Source of the DNA: a virus
Lineage: Duplodnaviria; Caudoviricetes
DNA length: 57,461 bases
Direction: 5' to 3' (one strand)
IMG/VR virus record: IMGVR_UViG_3300036987_000087
Location: 1-57,461 of that record
In this document: positions 34,519 to 44,471 of the stretch, one piece after another
Numbering within the stretch: position 1 is the stretch's first letter
How the letters are laid out: every line of letters starts with the position of its first letter
Made by a program: the position numbers and the translations under genes
The notes under the pieces: generated by a model
Databases searched by the model: none
The model's input: the letters and a program-made list of their open reading frames with translations, nothing else
Told to the model about the DNA's origin: nothing

Positions 34519-35205
34519 ATGAGGACCAATCCCGCTGACATGATCGGCTCGCGCTACGGGCGCCTGATTGTTGAGGCGCTCGATGGGCGTGGTAGGCGGG
34601 GCATAGCGCTCATGCGCTGCCAATGCGACTGCGGCACGTCGAAAGTCGTGGCGGCCTATCATCTCGTCCGTGGCGATACGGTAAGTTGTGGTTGCTGGGC
34701 ACGCGAGAAGAGCGTTGAGATCGCCCGAAAGCAGGGCATGGCCAACCGGCGACACGGCGAGAGCTCGTACCAGGGCCGGCGCACAACGCCAGAGTTCAAC
34801 GCGCACGCGGGGATGATGGCGCGGTGTTTCAACCCCGACGACGCCGCGTACGGTAACTATGGCGGGCGCGGGATTAGAGTCTGCGAGCGATGGGCCAAGG
34901 GCGAAGACGGGCTCTCTGGCTACGAGTGTTTCCTTGCTGATATGGGGCGGCGTCCATCGGCGTCGCATTCGATAGACCGCCGCGAAAACTCGAAGGGCTA
35001 CTCGAAAAGCAACTGCCGCTGGGCCACCAAAAAAGAGCAGAGCCGCAATCGCCGCGGTCTCCATGTCGTGGAGTACAGCGGTGTCTCGATGCCCCTCTCT
35101 CAGGCGTGCGAGGAGGCCGGGCTGAGCTATTGGATGGTCAAGCGTCGCATCTATCGCGGCTGGTCAACGCACGACGCGCTCACAACGCCCTGCCTGACGC
35201 GCTAA
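34519..35205 (+). CDS. HNH-like homing endonuclease
   Basis: CQCDCG...SCGC...YGGRGIRVCERW...SIDRRENSKGYSKSNCRWAT...QSRN. Confidence 0.85.
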   Translation: MRTNPADMIGSRYGRLIVEALDGRGRRGIALMRCQCDCGTSKVVAAYHLVRGDTVSCGCWAREKSVEIARKQGMANRRHGESSYQGRRTTPEFNAHAGMMARCFNPDDAAYGNYGGRGIRVCERWAKGEDGLSGYECFLADMGRRPSASHSIDRRENSKGYSKSNCRWATKKEQSRNRRGLHVVEYSGVSMPLSQACEEAGLSYWMVKRRIYRGWSTHDALTTPCLTR

Positions 35206-35219
35206 CCCCGGAGACATCG

Positions 35220-36329
35220 ATGATCTTCTATGACCTCGCCGACGTCGCCGGCGTGCGGGAAACCCGCAATGGCTTTCTCGTCGCGAATGCGCGGTGCGCA
35301 CGAGGCGGCAACATCCAAGACTACGCCGGCCATGAGGTTGGCCGACCGGACTTGGCGATGGTGCGCGTCTATCGCGAGCCCGAAGAGGTTTTCAAACGGG
35401 ACAGCCTGAACAGCTACCCGCACAAGCCGATCTGCCTTTCACATCCGGCCACTTCGGTGACGCCGGAAACGTGGAAGGACGCGGCCGTCGGCTACATCGG
35501 CGAGGAAGTGGTGCGGGATGGTGAATTCGTACGCATCCCGATGCTTATAGCCGACGCCGCGGCCATTGCGGCCGTCAAAGGCGGCACCAAGCAACTGAGC
35601 GTCGGTTATGAGTGCGAGTTGGTCTTCGAGGACGGCGTTACGCCCGATGGCCAGAAGTACCAAGCCAAGCAGCGCAACATCATCGTCGATCACGTCGCCA
35701 TCGTGGAGCGTGGTCGGGCGGGCAGTGAATGCCGCATCGGCGATCGCCGTTCGGACAACCACGACAAGGAGAACGACACCATGAGCACTCTGCGAAAGGT
35801 CGTGATCGACGGCCTCACCATCGAAGTTACCGACCAGGGCGCCGAAGCCATCGCCAAGCTGCAGAAGCAGGTTAGCGACGGCGCCGCGTCCGTCACTGCC
35901 GCACAGCAGGCCCTCGCCGACGCCAAGACGGCGCACGCCACGGCCCTTGCCGACAAGGACAAGGAGATCACCGACCTCAAGGCTAAGCTGCCGACAGTCG
36001 ATCAGCTCGAAGCGATGTTCGAGAAGCGCGCCGCAGTCATCGACGTGGCAAAGAAGCTCGTTCCGGACTTCGACCCCAAGGGCAAGTCGCTCGCCGACGT
36101 CCGCAAGGCCGTGGTTGCCAAGAAGCTCGGCGATGATGCGGTCAAGGACAAGGAAGACGCCGCCATCGCCCCGATGTTCGACACGCTGGCGCTGCTCACC
36201 AAGGACGGCGCTGCTGATGCCGATCCGGTGCGCGATGCCATGCGCAGCGGTGCGACCTCAAGCGTCAATGACGCCGAGAAGGCTCGCGCCAAGTGCCTCG
36301 CCGGTCAGGCCAACGCCTGGGCTGCGTAA
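35220..36329 (+). CDS. DUF2213 prohead protease/scaffold
   Basis: VYREPEEVF...HP...QLSVGY...DHVAIVERGRAG; coiled-coil C-terminus. Confidence 0.88.
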   Translation: MIFYDLADVAGVRETRNGFLVANARCARGGNIQDYAGHEVGRPDLAMVRVYREPEEVFKRDSLNSYPHKPICLSHPATSVTPETWKDAAVGYIGEEVVRDGEFVRIPMLIADAAAIAAVKGGTKQLSVGYECELVFEDGVTPDGQKYQAKQRNIIVDHVAIVERGRAGSECRIGDRRSDNHDKENDTMSTLRKVVIDGLTIEVTDQGAEAIAKLQKQVSDGAASVTAAQQALADAKTAHATALADKDKEITDLKAKLPTVDQLEAMFEKRAAVIDVAKKLVPDFDPKGKSLADVRKAVVAKKLGDDAVKDKEDAAIAPMFDTLALLTKDGAADADPVRDAMRSGATSSVNDAEKARAKCLAGQANAWAA

Positions 36330-36374
36330 GCACCCCGGCGCTCCCCCACACCTCTTTTCAGGAGAACATGAGCC

Positions 36375-37100
36375 ATGGGTAACGTTCAGCCCAACTACAA
36401 CGCCACGTTGGATCGTGGTTACGAAGGCCAGATCGCAGACATGCGTCTATCCGACGTTATTTCGCGCGTCTGCGAACCAGCTTCTATCGGTTTCGGCCTT
36501 GCCGTCATTCGCGGCACCGCTGCCAATCAGGTCAAGCTGGGTGCTGCCGGTGAGTTCATCGGCCTCTCACTTCGTGACGTGGCGCTCCCTGCTGCCAACG
36601 AGGATGTTTACCTCGCAGGCAACACCATCGGCCTGATGGTCAAGGGGACGATGTTCTGCAAGGCCGTTGCTGCCGTCACGGCGGGCGACAAGGTCTATCG
36701 CACCCCGACCGGCACGCTGACCAACGTCATCGGCGACCGCACGGCTTCCTCGGCTGCGAAGTCGGGCGGCAATGCGGCCAACACCGGCACGATGGGCACG
36801 GTCACCGTATCGGGCGACATCCCGAACGGTGTCTACAAGCTGCGCATCACCGCGACTGCATCGAATGCAGGCTCGTTCGTGATCACCAACGAAGCGGGTG
36901 CGATCATTGGCCCGGTGGGCACGGTCGCCGTTGCCTACTCGTTCGGTGGTCTCGCCTTCACGCTCGCCGACGGCTCGCAGGACTTCATTGTCGGCGAAGG
37001 CTTCGACATCACCGTGACCGGCGGCAACACCGTCATCGATGGTGGCCGCTGGCTCGACACGCTGGCTGAGAACGCCATCGGCCGCGTCCGCCTCAACTAA
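36375..37100 (+). CDS. Capsid decoration protein
   Basis: IGFGLAV...VTAGDKVY; lies between scaffold and MCP. Confidence 0.7.
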   Translation: MGNVQPNYNATLDRGYEGQIADMRLSDVISRVCEPASIGFGLAVIRGTAANQVKLGAAGEFIGLSLRDVALPAANEDVYLAGNTIGLMVKGTMFCKAVAAVTAGDKVYRTPTGTLTNVIGDRTASSAAKSGGNAANTGTMGTVTVSGDIPNGVYKLRITATASNAGSFVITNEAGAIIGPVGTVAVAYSFGGLAFTLADGSQDFIVGEGFDITVTGGNTVIDGGRWLDTLAENAIGRVRLN

Positions 37101-37141
37101 TCCGCCCCGTGCTCATCGCAAGATAGAAGGACACACGCACC

Positions 37142-38104
37142 ATGTTGAACCTCTACGATGCGCAGGCGGCCCTCAGCTTCCTGCTCTCCCAGACATCGCA
37201 CATCGAGGCGCAGGTCTGGGCCAAGAAGTACCCCGATCTGACCTATGCTGAGGACGTGCCGATCGACAATTCGGCCAACCCCTGGGCAACCACCGTCACC
37301 TACTTCTCAAGCGACAAGGTCGGGCAGGCGCAGCTCCTGCACGGCCGCGGTACCGACTTCCCCATGGTCGACATCAACCGCACGAAGTTCGAGACGCCGA
37401 TCGTCATGGCCGGCATCGGCTACGACTATTCGCTCGAAGAGATCAATCAGGCTCGGATGGTGACGCCAGCCGTCAACCTCACGGCTGACAAGGCATCGGC
37501 CGCCCGCCGTGCCTACGAGGAACTCTGCGATAGCGTCGCCTACACGGGTAAGGATGTCGGAGGCACCGCCATCGCGGGCTTCACGGGCCTGATCAACTAC
37601 TCGGGCATCTCTCCGACTGACGTTGCTGACGGTGCTGGCGCCGCCACGACGCTGTGGGAGAGCAAGACGGCCGACGAGATCCTCACGGATATCAACGAGC
37701 CGATCACGGGCACGTGGACGGCCTCGAAGACCATCGAGCTGTGCGACACGCTGCTTCTGCCGCTGTCGTCCTACGCCTTCATCTCCACCAAGCGCCTCGA
37801 CACCACCATGTCGATGACGGTGCTGGAGTACGTCACGAAGGCGAACGTCTACACGATGCAGACGGGCAAGCCGCTGCGCATCCGCGCTCGCCGCGAGCTG
37901 GAGACGGCAGGCACCTCGGGCCACAAGCGCATGATTACCTACAAGCGGGATCCGGAGGTGCTGAAGATGCATATTCCGATGCCGCTGCGGTTCCTGCCCG
38001 CCTTCCAGGCGAACCCGATGCTGTATCAAGTGCCGGGCATCTTCCGCCTTGGTGGCCTCGACATCCGTCGCCCGGGTGCCGTTCGGTATCGTGACTATTT
38101 GTAG
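37142..38104 (+). CDS. Major capsid protein (DUF2184)
   Basis: GYDYSLEEI...GLIN...HIPMPLRF...GGLDIRRP. Confidence 0.9.
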   Translation: MLNLYDAQAALSFLLSQTSHIEAQVWAKKYPDLTYAEDVPIDNSANPWATTVTYFSSDKVGQAQLLHGRGTDFPMVDINRTKFETPIVMAGIGYDYSLEEINQARMVTPAVNLTADKASAARRAYEELCDSVAYTGKDVGGTAIAGFTGLINYSGISPTDVADGAGAATTLWESKTADEILTDINEPITGTWTASKTIELCDTLLLPLSSYAFISTKRLDTTMSMTVLEYVTKANVYTMQTGKPLRIRARRELETAGTSGHKRMITYKRDPEVLKMHIPMPLRFLPAFQANPMLYQVPGIFRLGGLDIRRPGAVRYRDYL

Positions 38105-38165
38105 GCCACTCACGCCGGAGCGGGGGATGCTCGCTCCGGTTCCCCATTAAACTAAGGAGAGCACG

Positions 38166-38411
38166 ATGAAAATTCAGAACACGAGAACGGGGCCGATGAC
38201 GATCGCGGGCGTACATATGATCGGACCCGGCGAGACACGCGAGTTTTCCGATGCCGTTTGGGACACCCTCAAGGACCGCCCGCGCGTCGTCGAGTGGCTG
38301 GAACGCGGCGATCTGAAGGCTGTGACCGGTGCTGCGGCCGCTCCCGCTGTCGACCCGCTCGACCACGACGGGGACGGCAAAAGGGGCGGCTCCAAGAAAC
38401 CGAAGGCTTAA
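38166..38411 (+). CDS. Small head-associated hypothetical protein
   Basis: AAGGAG SD; LDHDGDGKRGGS. Confidence 0.7.
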   Translation: MKIQNTRTGPMTIAGVHMIGPGETREFSDAVWDTLKDRPRVVEWLERGDLKAVTGAAAAPAVDPLDHDGDGKRGGSKKPKA

Positions 38412-38414
38412 CCC

Positions 38415-38780
38415 ATGAGCTACACCGTCCCAACTGCCGCTGAATTCAAGGCGCGCCATACCGCGTTCGCCTCAGTGGCGGACGGGGCGGTTACGGCCAT
38501 GCTCGCCGAGGCTGTTGCATACGTCTCGACGTGCTGGGCTGAGGCGGACTACCAGCCCGCTTTGATGTACCTCGCCGCGCACATGATCTCCGAGGAGCAG
38601 TCCATCGGAGGCGTCAAGGCCGCGTCGAAGGCTGGTCCGATCAAGCGGGTCAAGGCCGATACGGTCGAGATCGAATACGCGGGCTCGTTCCTGGTGGATG
38701 CCTCTCTGAGCGGCACGCTGTACGGGCGCAGATTTCTTGAGCTTCGCAGGCGCAATTCTCCGGGCGTGTTGGTGGTCTAA
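38415..38780 (+). CDS. Head-tail adaptor (DUF4054-like)
   Basis: FKARHTAF...YLAAH...TLYGRRFLEL. Confidence 0.8.
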   Translation: MSYTVPTAAEFKARHTAFASVADGAVTAMLAEAVAYVSTCWAEADYQPALMYLAAHMISEEQSIGGVKAASKAGPIKRVKADTVEIEYAGSFLVDASLSGTLYGRRFLELRRRNSPGVLVV

Positions 38781-38953
38781 TGGCCAACACATCGACGAGA
38801 ATGACAGTGACGTTCATTGGCGGTGTGCCGCACATCTACAGGGACGGCGTCTACATCGGCTGGATGCAGGGCGACAAGATCGTGAGCCCGATCACTGAGG
38901 CAGAGACGGGCGCCATGCTCGCCGCCGCGCTGAAGCGGAAGCCGCAGCAATGA
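38780..38953 (+). CDS. Small hypothetical protein
   Basis: TAATG/ATGA coupling, 57 aa. Confidence 0.5.
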   Translation: MANTSTRMTVTFIGGVPHIYRDGVYIGWMQGDKIVSPITEAETGAMLAAALKRKPQQ

Positions 38954-39294
38954 CGATCGGGGAGAGTGGTGGAATGCCGAAGACGATCAGCTTGCAGTTG
39001 GTAGTTGCCGAAGGCGGCCTGACTGACGAAGTGCTGAGCGCCATCCCGAGCGGAGCCTACGTCAGAGTTTTCGCGGCCGAGGTTACTGGCCAGAACTCCG
39101 CCAAACTTACGTTTGGATTTTACGGGTCTGTCATCTCTGACGGCGAACGGGTCGAGCTCTGCGATTTGTCAATCACGCCCGATCTGGCGGAGAGGGTGCG
39201 GGCCAAGAACGAGCCGACAGAGGATGACATCAGCGCTCAAGCTGAGCTTTCGGCACTGTGCGAGCACGTTGGAATACGCAGGGACGCTCAATGA
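38950..39294 (+). CDS. Hypothetical protein
   Basis: Coupled ORF within the neck module. Confidence 0.55.
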   Translation: MTIGESGGMPKTISLQLVVAEGGLTDEVLSAIPSGAYVRVFAAEVTGQNSAKLTFGFYGSVISDGERVELCDLSITPDLAERVRAKNEPTEDDISAQAELSALCEHVGIRRDAQ

Positions 39295-39659
39295 CCCTAC
39301 TCGCCGACATCGGAGACGCGCTACGCGGCGCGCTGGCGGATGATGTCCTGCCGGCCGCGACGCTGCATGTCGTCACCGAGACGCTGAACGATTACGGCAC
39401 GCCAGTGCGCACCCTCACCGATCACGTTGGGCAAGGGTTCGTGTCCGACTGGAAAGCCGAGGTCATGGCCGTTCGCGGATACGCCGCGAACACGGCTAAG
39501 GTTGTGCTTGTGCAGGATGCCGCCCTTCCCCGGCCGAAGCTCGGGGACGAGATCACCGCACAACGTCCGATCAACGGCACGATGGAGCACTTCCGGGTGA
39601 CAGACGTCACGTCCGACCCGGCCGATGCGACGTGGCAGGTTGCCGGGGTGAAGATCTAG
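39291..39659 (+). CDS. Putative head-closure protein
   Basis: Position; C-terminal DPADATW. Confidence 0.65.
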   Translation: MTLLADIGDALRGALADDVLPAATLHVVTETLNDYGTPVRTLTDHVGQGFVSDWKAEVMAVRGYAANTAKVVLVQDAALPRPKLGDEITAQRPINGTMEHFRVTDVTSDPADATWQVAGVKI

Positions 39660-40102
39660 TGGCTCAGGTCCGCGGCTTGCGCTCATGGAATGCCAAGATC
39701 GGCAAGATCGGCGCTAAGACTAGGGCCGAGGTGCGCCGTGCGCTGCAACGTGGCGCATTGGCCATCGAGAACCGAGCCGTCGAGGGCATCATCAACCCGC
39801 CGAAGTCGGGCCGCATCTATAAGTCGAAGCACCGCAAGGGTGCGACGCACCAGGCATCCGCCCCCGGCGAGTTCCCGGCAGCCGACAGCGGCAGACTGCA
39901 TCAGTCCATCACGTCGGTGGAAGCATCGACGGGCGACACCATCCGCTTCGAGACCGGCGGCAACGTGCCTTATGCGACCTACCTCGAACTCGGAACGTCC
40001 CGCATGGCGCCACGTCCGCACATGGGTCCGGCCTACGATGAGAACATCGAAAAGGTGAAGGCCGACGTTCGCGCGGCCGTGAAGCGTGGGGCCAGAACCT
40101 GA
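39659..40102 (+). CDS. HK97 gp10-like neck protein
   Basis: HQASAPGEFPAADSGRLHQSI...YATYLELGTSRMAPRP. Confidence 0.85.
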   Translation: MAQVRGLRSWNAKIGKIGAKTRAEVRRALQRGALAIENRAVEGIINPPKSGRIYKSKHRKGATHQASAPGEFPAADSGRLHQSITSVEASTGDTIRFETGGNVPYATYLELGTSRMAPRPHMGPAYDENIEKVKADVRAAVKRGART

Positions 40103-40299
40103 TGGTTCAGTTCCATTTCACCCGCGAGTTCCGCCATTGGGCGGAGCGCTCGCGGAAACACTGCGTCCTGTGCAAAGCGCTGGCGCTGATCGTCCACAAG
40201 CCGGGCGTCATCGAGATTGACGAGGAAACGGCCCGTGCCGCCACAGCGGCGGGCGCTGGCGCCGTTGTTGAGACCTCTGGCGGGGGTAGTTGCCAATGA
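40102..40299 (+). CDS. Small hypothetical protein
   Basis: Coupled ORF. Confidence 0.5.
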   Translation: MVQFHFTREFRHWAERSRKHCVLCKALALIVHKPGVIEIDEETARAATAAGAGAVVETSGGGSCQ

Positions 40300-40700
40300 G
40301 CCGCGACGCCACGGTGGAGCTTTTCAAGGCTGTTCGGCTGGCGCTGCTCGCTGACGCAACGATCTCTGCCGCCGTGGCCACGCGCATCGCTACCGATTGG
40401 GGTGTCGTTCTCACCTCGCCTTACATCCGCCTGTCCGTCCCGACCGTCAGGCGTTTCGAGGACGACTGCGGCGACGGCTCTGAATACACGCTCCGCGTTC
40501 ACGTCTTTGCCAATGACCGCATCGTGACCGGCAACCTCGCCGCTCAGGTGCGTGAGGTTCTGCAGGACCGGGAAGACATGGCGCTCTCGGGCGCCGATGT
40601 CTGGTGGTTCGACTACGACCAGACGATCAACCAGCAAGACCCCGATGACCCGACTTTGACGATGGCCGTCGTTGTGTTCAAGGCCGTCACCACCTCCTAA
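40296..40700 (+). CDS. Tail terminator (DUF3168-like)
   Basis: LLADATISAAVATRI...PYI...VHVF; precedes the tail tube gene. Confidence 0.8.
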   Translation: MSRDATVELFKAVRLALLADATISAAVATRIATDWGVVLTSPYIRLSVPTVRRFEDDCGDGSEYTLRVHVFANDRIVTGNLAAQVREVLQDREDMALSGADVWWFDYDQTINQQDPDDPTLTMAVVVFKAVTTS

Positions 40701-40712
40701 GGAGAGACCCCA

Positions 40713-41159
40713 ATGGCTAAGCCGACCACTGGCACGTTTTCCAAGCTTCAGATCTTGATCGGCGACGGCGGATCACCGGAAGCCTTTACCATCGTCTGCG
40801 GCCTGACCTCGAAGGGCATCCAGCGAACGGCCGAGGTCAACTCGACCGTGGTCCCCGACTGCTCCGATGAGGACGCCCCGGCATGGACTGAGAAGGCCGT
40901 CAACGCCCTGTCGTGGAGCGCGTCGGGCAGCGGTGTCTGGGCTGCCGAGAACCACGGCGTTTTCCTCAACTGGTGGAAGTCGGGCCTGACGAAGAACATC
41001 AAGGTCCGTCACGTCAACGCGGCACCCGGAACGCCTGAGTACGAGGAAGGCCAGGCCCTGCTGACCAACATCGGGAACACCGTCGAGCGCGGCGGCAAGA
41101 TCCAAGCTGAGATCAGCATCGAGATGGACGGCGAAGTGACGTTCGTCAACGCCGCCTAA
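40713..41159 (+). CDS. Major tail tube protein
   Basis: IGDGGSPEAF...CGLTSK...VPDC...SGSGV...DGEV. Confidence 0.88.
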   Translation: MAKPTTGTFSKLQILIGDGGSPEAFTIVCGLTSKGIQRTAEVNSTVVPDCSDEDAPAWTEKAVNALSWSASGSGVWAAENHGVFLNWWKSGLTKNIKVRHVNAAPGTPEYEEGQALLTNIGNTVERGGKIQAEISIEMDGEVTFVNAA

Positions 41160-41641
41160 TGAGCAATCTCAAGGCGGAATTCACGACGGATTGGGCGGAC
41201 GGTACGCACACCTTCCGCCTGACCGTCCCCGGGGCGATGGAGTTGGAGCAGAAATGCGACGCTCCGTTTGCGGTCGTGAACCACCGGCTGCAAAGCGGAA
41301 CTTACAAGATCGCCGACGTCCGAGAGACCATTCGCATTGGCCTGATCGGTGGAGGCAAGACGCCCGTAGCCGCGCTGCAACTGGTCCGCGTCTATGTGGA
41401 TGAACGCCCGCTAGCAGAGAGCTGGCAGGTCGCGCGCCTCATCGCTGGCGCGTTGATGTTCGGCTTTGAGATCGAACCCCTCACCGCCGAGGGCGACCCT
41501 GAGGGAAAAGCCAAGGCGGCGCCGGCAGCGAGCCCGGTCGCATCGACGCCGCCGCCGTCTACCGCAACGCCGCCGTCATCCCAGGGCTCTCGGTTGAGAC
41601 CCTTGGTCGAATCTCGCTTTGGGAATTCGCGGCAACTGTGA
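41159..41641 (+). CDS. Tail assembly chaperone (GTA gp10-like); -1 frameshift product extends to 41757
   Basis: WADGTHTFRL...ELEQKCD...VRETIRIGLIGGG; slippery G GGA AAA at 41503..41509. Confidence 0.85.
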   Translation: MSNLKAEFTTDWADGTHTFRLTVPGAMELEQKCDAPFAVVNHRLQSGTYKIADVRETIRIGLIGGGKTPVAALQLVRVYVDERPLAESWQVARLIAGALMFGFEIEPLTAEGDPEGKAKAAPAASPVASTPPPSTATPPSSQGSRLRPLVESRFGNSRQL

Positions 41642-41732
41642 CCGGGTGGAATGAAGCCCATAAATCTGACGACGCGGTGCCGCCGATGTCGGATGAGACG
41701 GCTGATGAGCTTCTGACTGTTGAGGTGGGTGC

Positions 41733-43814
41733 ATGGCCGTCGAAGTCGAAAAGCTGATCACCGTCCTGCAGGCCGACTTCTCAGGCTACACGCGGCAGCT
41801 TGCTCAAGGTCAGGCTGAGACAAACAAGGCGATGGCCGCAATGCAGGCCCGCTTCGACCAGGCCGCACGCGGCATGCGGTCGTCCGCCCTGTCGCTCGGC
41901 GGTGTTATGGGTACGCTCGGCGCCTATCTCACCGTCGATCAGGTGATCGGCTACGCCAACGCATGGACACGCGTAACCCGTTCCTTGGACGCTAACGAGC
42001 AGATATTCGGCATCACACTCAAGTCGGCGGGGGAGTTGAACAAGCTCGCCAACGAGGCTCGGGTCGATCTTGAAGCTTACTCGAAACTCTACATCCGCAC
42101 TGCGGCGGCCATTCGCGATTACGGCTACGACAGTGAGACGGCAGCAGAGGTCACGAGCACGCTCGCCAAGGCGCTGAAGCTGGGCGGCGCGGCGGCGTCG
42201 GAGCAGACTTCGGTTCTCCTCCAGTTTTCGCAGGCATTGCAGAAGGGCAAGCTAGACGGTGACGAGTTCCGCACGGTCATGGAAAATGCCGGCGTCGTGC
42301 AGGAGTTGCTAGCCAAACGGCTAGGCGTAACGAAGGGCCAGATCGTTGCCATGGCAGCAGCTGGTAAGCTGCAATTGATGGATCTCGTCGGTGCGATGAC
42401 GGACGGCGCGGAACAGGTCAACAACCTGTTCAACCAGATGCCCGCAACCATCGACGAGGCGTTTACTCAACTCAACAACTCCGTCACCGAGTTCATCGGC
42501 AAGATGGATCAGACCTACGGCATTTCCCAGAGCATATCAGGGGCGATGCAGTTCCTTGCCGAGAACATCGACACCGTGGGCAAGGCCGCGCTTGTGGCTG
42601 GTATCGGCCTGCTGGCCATGTTCGCGCCGGCCATCATCGCCGGCGTAGTTGCTCTGGGCGCGGGTATCGTAGCAACGGCTGGCGCTTTCGGCCTGCTAAC
42701 CGGTGGCGTTGCTGCAGGCGCTGCCGTTTTTGAACTCTTCGGCGATCAGATCTCGGTAGCCGAGGACGGGCTCGGAAGCCTGAAGGATCTCGTGCAGGCG
42801 CTGGCCGAGGAACTGCCGCTGGAATTCCAGATCGAAGGCTTGTCGAACATCAAGCCCTTGACCGAGCGACTGAAGGACAACATGCGCGCCCGGGCGCTCG
42901 GGCGGGGCTTCGCGGACAGCACCACGACGACGCGCAACTTCGACAAGCCGAAGCTGGCGGCAAATGCTGTCGACGCTGAGGCTGCGCGCGCCCGCAAGGC
43001 ATTCGAGAAAGATCTTCTCCGCGCCGAGCAGCGCATCGATATGGCCAAGCTCGAATCCGATGCGATCGGCCGCTCAGCCGAGCAGGTCGAATACATGCGC
43101 ACCAAGCAGGAGCTTCTGAACGAAGCCCGCAAGGCCGGTGTCGAACTCACCGCTGAGGACATGGTCAAGATCGAAGCGCTTGCGCAGGGAATGGCGAAGG
43201 CCGTCACGGCGACCGAGAACCTCGCCCGCGCCTATCAGATGGCGGCCGACGAGAGCAAAGAGATGCTGTCGGGCTTCATCAAGGACATGAAAGACGGCGT
43301 GTCGGCGTCCGAAGCTCTGGGCAACGCCCTCAACAAGATCGCCGACAAGCTCATCGATATGGCCGTGAACGACCTCGTAGAGACGGCGCTCGGCGGTTTG
43401 ACCGGGCGTGGCGGGAACGCACAGGGTGCGGGGCTTGCGGCGGGACTGATGAGCCTGTTCGGGTTCGCCAAGGGCGGCATCGCGGCGAACGGGCGGCCTC
43501 AGCCTCTGCCTCGGTTTGCAGGCGGCGGCGTCTCCAATTCGGCAGCCATTTTCGGCGAGGCCGGTCCCGAGGCAGCGGTACCGTTGCCAGACGGAAGACG
43601 CATTCCCGTAGACCTCCGGATGCCAAACGCCGCGAGCGGTTCTGGCGGTGGAGCAACGGTGAATTTCGCGCCCGTCTTCAACGTCGAAAATGGCTCTGCG
43701 GAAGGCGTCGACAAGATGCAATCCCAGGTGCTCCCGAAGATGCGTGAGATGGTGCAGAAGGAACTCGCCAACGCCTTCGACCGAAAAGCTAGGTTCGCTC
43801 GGAGCGGCATTTAA
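41733..43814 (+). CDS. Tape measure protein
   Basis: Ala-rich 693 aa; QFSQAL...LDGDEFRTVMEN; FAKGG...GEAGPEA. Confidence 0.9.
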   Translation: MAVEVEKLITVLQADFSGYTRQLAQGQAETNKAMAAMQARFDQAARGMRSSALSLGGVMGTLGAYLTVDQVIGYANAWTRVTRSLDANEQIFGITLKSAGELNKLANEARVDLEAYSKLYIRTAAAIRDYGYDSETAAEVTSTLAKALKLGGAAASEQTSVLLQFSQALQKGKLDGDEFRTVMENAGVVQELLAKRLGVTKGQIVAMAAAGKLQLMDLVGAMTDGAEQVNNLFNQMPATIDEAFTQLNNSVTEFIGKMDQTYGISQSISGAMQFLAENIDTVGKAALVAGIGLLAMFAPAIIAGVVALGAGIVATAGAFGLLTGGVAAGAAVFELFGDQISVAEDGLGSLKDLVQALAEELPLEFQIEGLSNIKPLTERLKDNMRARALGRGFADSTTTTRNFDKPKLAANAVDAEAARARKAFEKDLLRAEQRIDMAKLESDAIGRSAEQVEYMRTKQELLNEARKAGVELTAEDMVKIEALAQGMAKAVTATENLARAYQMAADESKEMLSGFIKDMKDGVSASEALGNALNKIADKLIDMAVNDLVETALGGLTGRGGNAQGAGLAAGLMSLFGFAKGGIAANGRPQPLPRFAGGGVSNSAAIFGEAGPEAAVPLPDGRRIPVDLRMPNAASGSGGGATVNFAPVFNVENGSAEGVDKMQSQVLPKMREMVQKELANAFDRKARFARSGI

Positions 43815-44471
43815 ATGACCATCACGTTCCCACGCTCCCTTCCCCTCTGCGCATGGACCGAAGAGCGCCCGTTCGTGCTCGATCGCCAGCAGACCGAGGC
43901 CATGCCCGGCAGCGGTGCGCTCAACGTGGCCGAACTCGCCTCCCCCGTCTGGCGGGCCAAGTACGGGACGCGCATCCTCGATCGGGCAACGTTCGCTTCT
44001 GCTGACGCATGGGTGACGTCGCTGCGCGGCGCCCTGCGCATGTTCAAGGCGACGGTCCCCCGGCATCGCTGGCCGATGGCCTACCCGCGCGGGTTCACCG
44101 GATTGCTCGTGTCTGCCGTCCAGTTCACCGGGTCTGGCACCCTCACCACCATCGGTGCCGGGCGCGACACGGTCACGGTCTCAGCGCTCCCGGTTGGTTT
44201 CGTTCTCGCCGCCGGCGATTGGTTCTCCATCCCGGTCGGATCGCGGCACCATTTGCATCGCATCATCGAGGGCGGGACAGCGTCAGGCGGAGGCGCGGTC
44301 AACCTCACTGTTGAGCCGACGATCAATCCGAGTGTCACGACCGACACTCCACCGGCCGTGCTGTTCGACGCGCCCTATTGCGAGATGGTGCTGAGCGCAA
44401 AACCTGACATCCGCCCTGACCCGGTTAAGGGTGGGTCGATCTCGTTTGAAGGCGTCCAGGTGCTCATCTGA
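43815..44471 (+). CDS. Distal tail protein-like
   Basis: Position after TMP, beta-rich. Confidence 0.65.
   Translation: MTITFPRSLPLCAWTEERPFVLDRQQTEAMPGSGALNVAELASPVWRAKYGTRILDRATFASADAWVTSLRGALRMFKATVPRHRWPMAYPRGFTGLLVSAVQFTGSGTLTTIGAGRDTVTVSALPVGFVLAAGDWFSIPVGSRHHLHRIIEGGTASGGGAVNLTVEPTINPSVTTDTPPAVLFDAPYCEMVLSAKPDIRPDPVKGGSISFEGVQVLI

Noticed and set aside
41702-41752. CTGATGA...GAAA resembling a second hammerhead
   Set aside because: Stems I and III and a cleavage triplet could not be formed; lies in coding sequence
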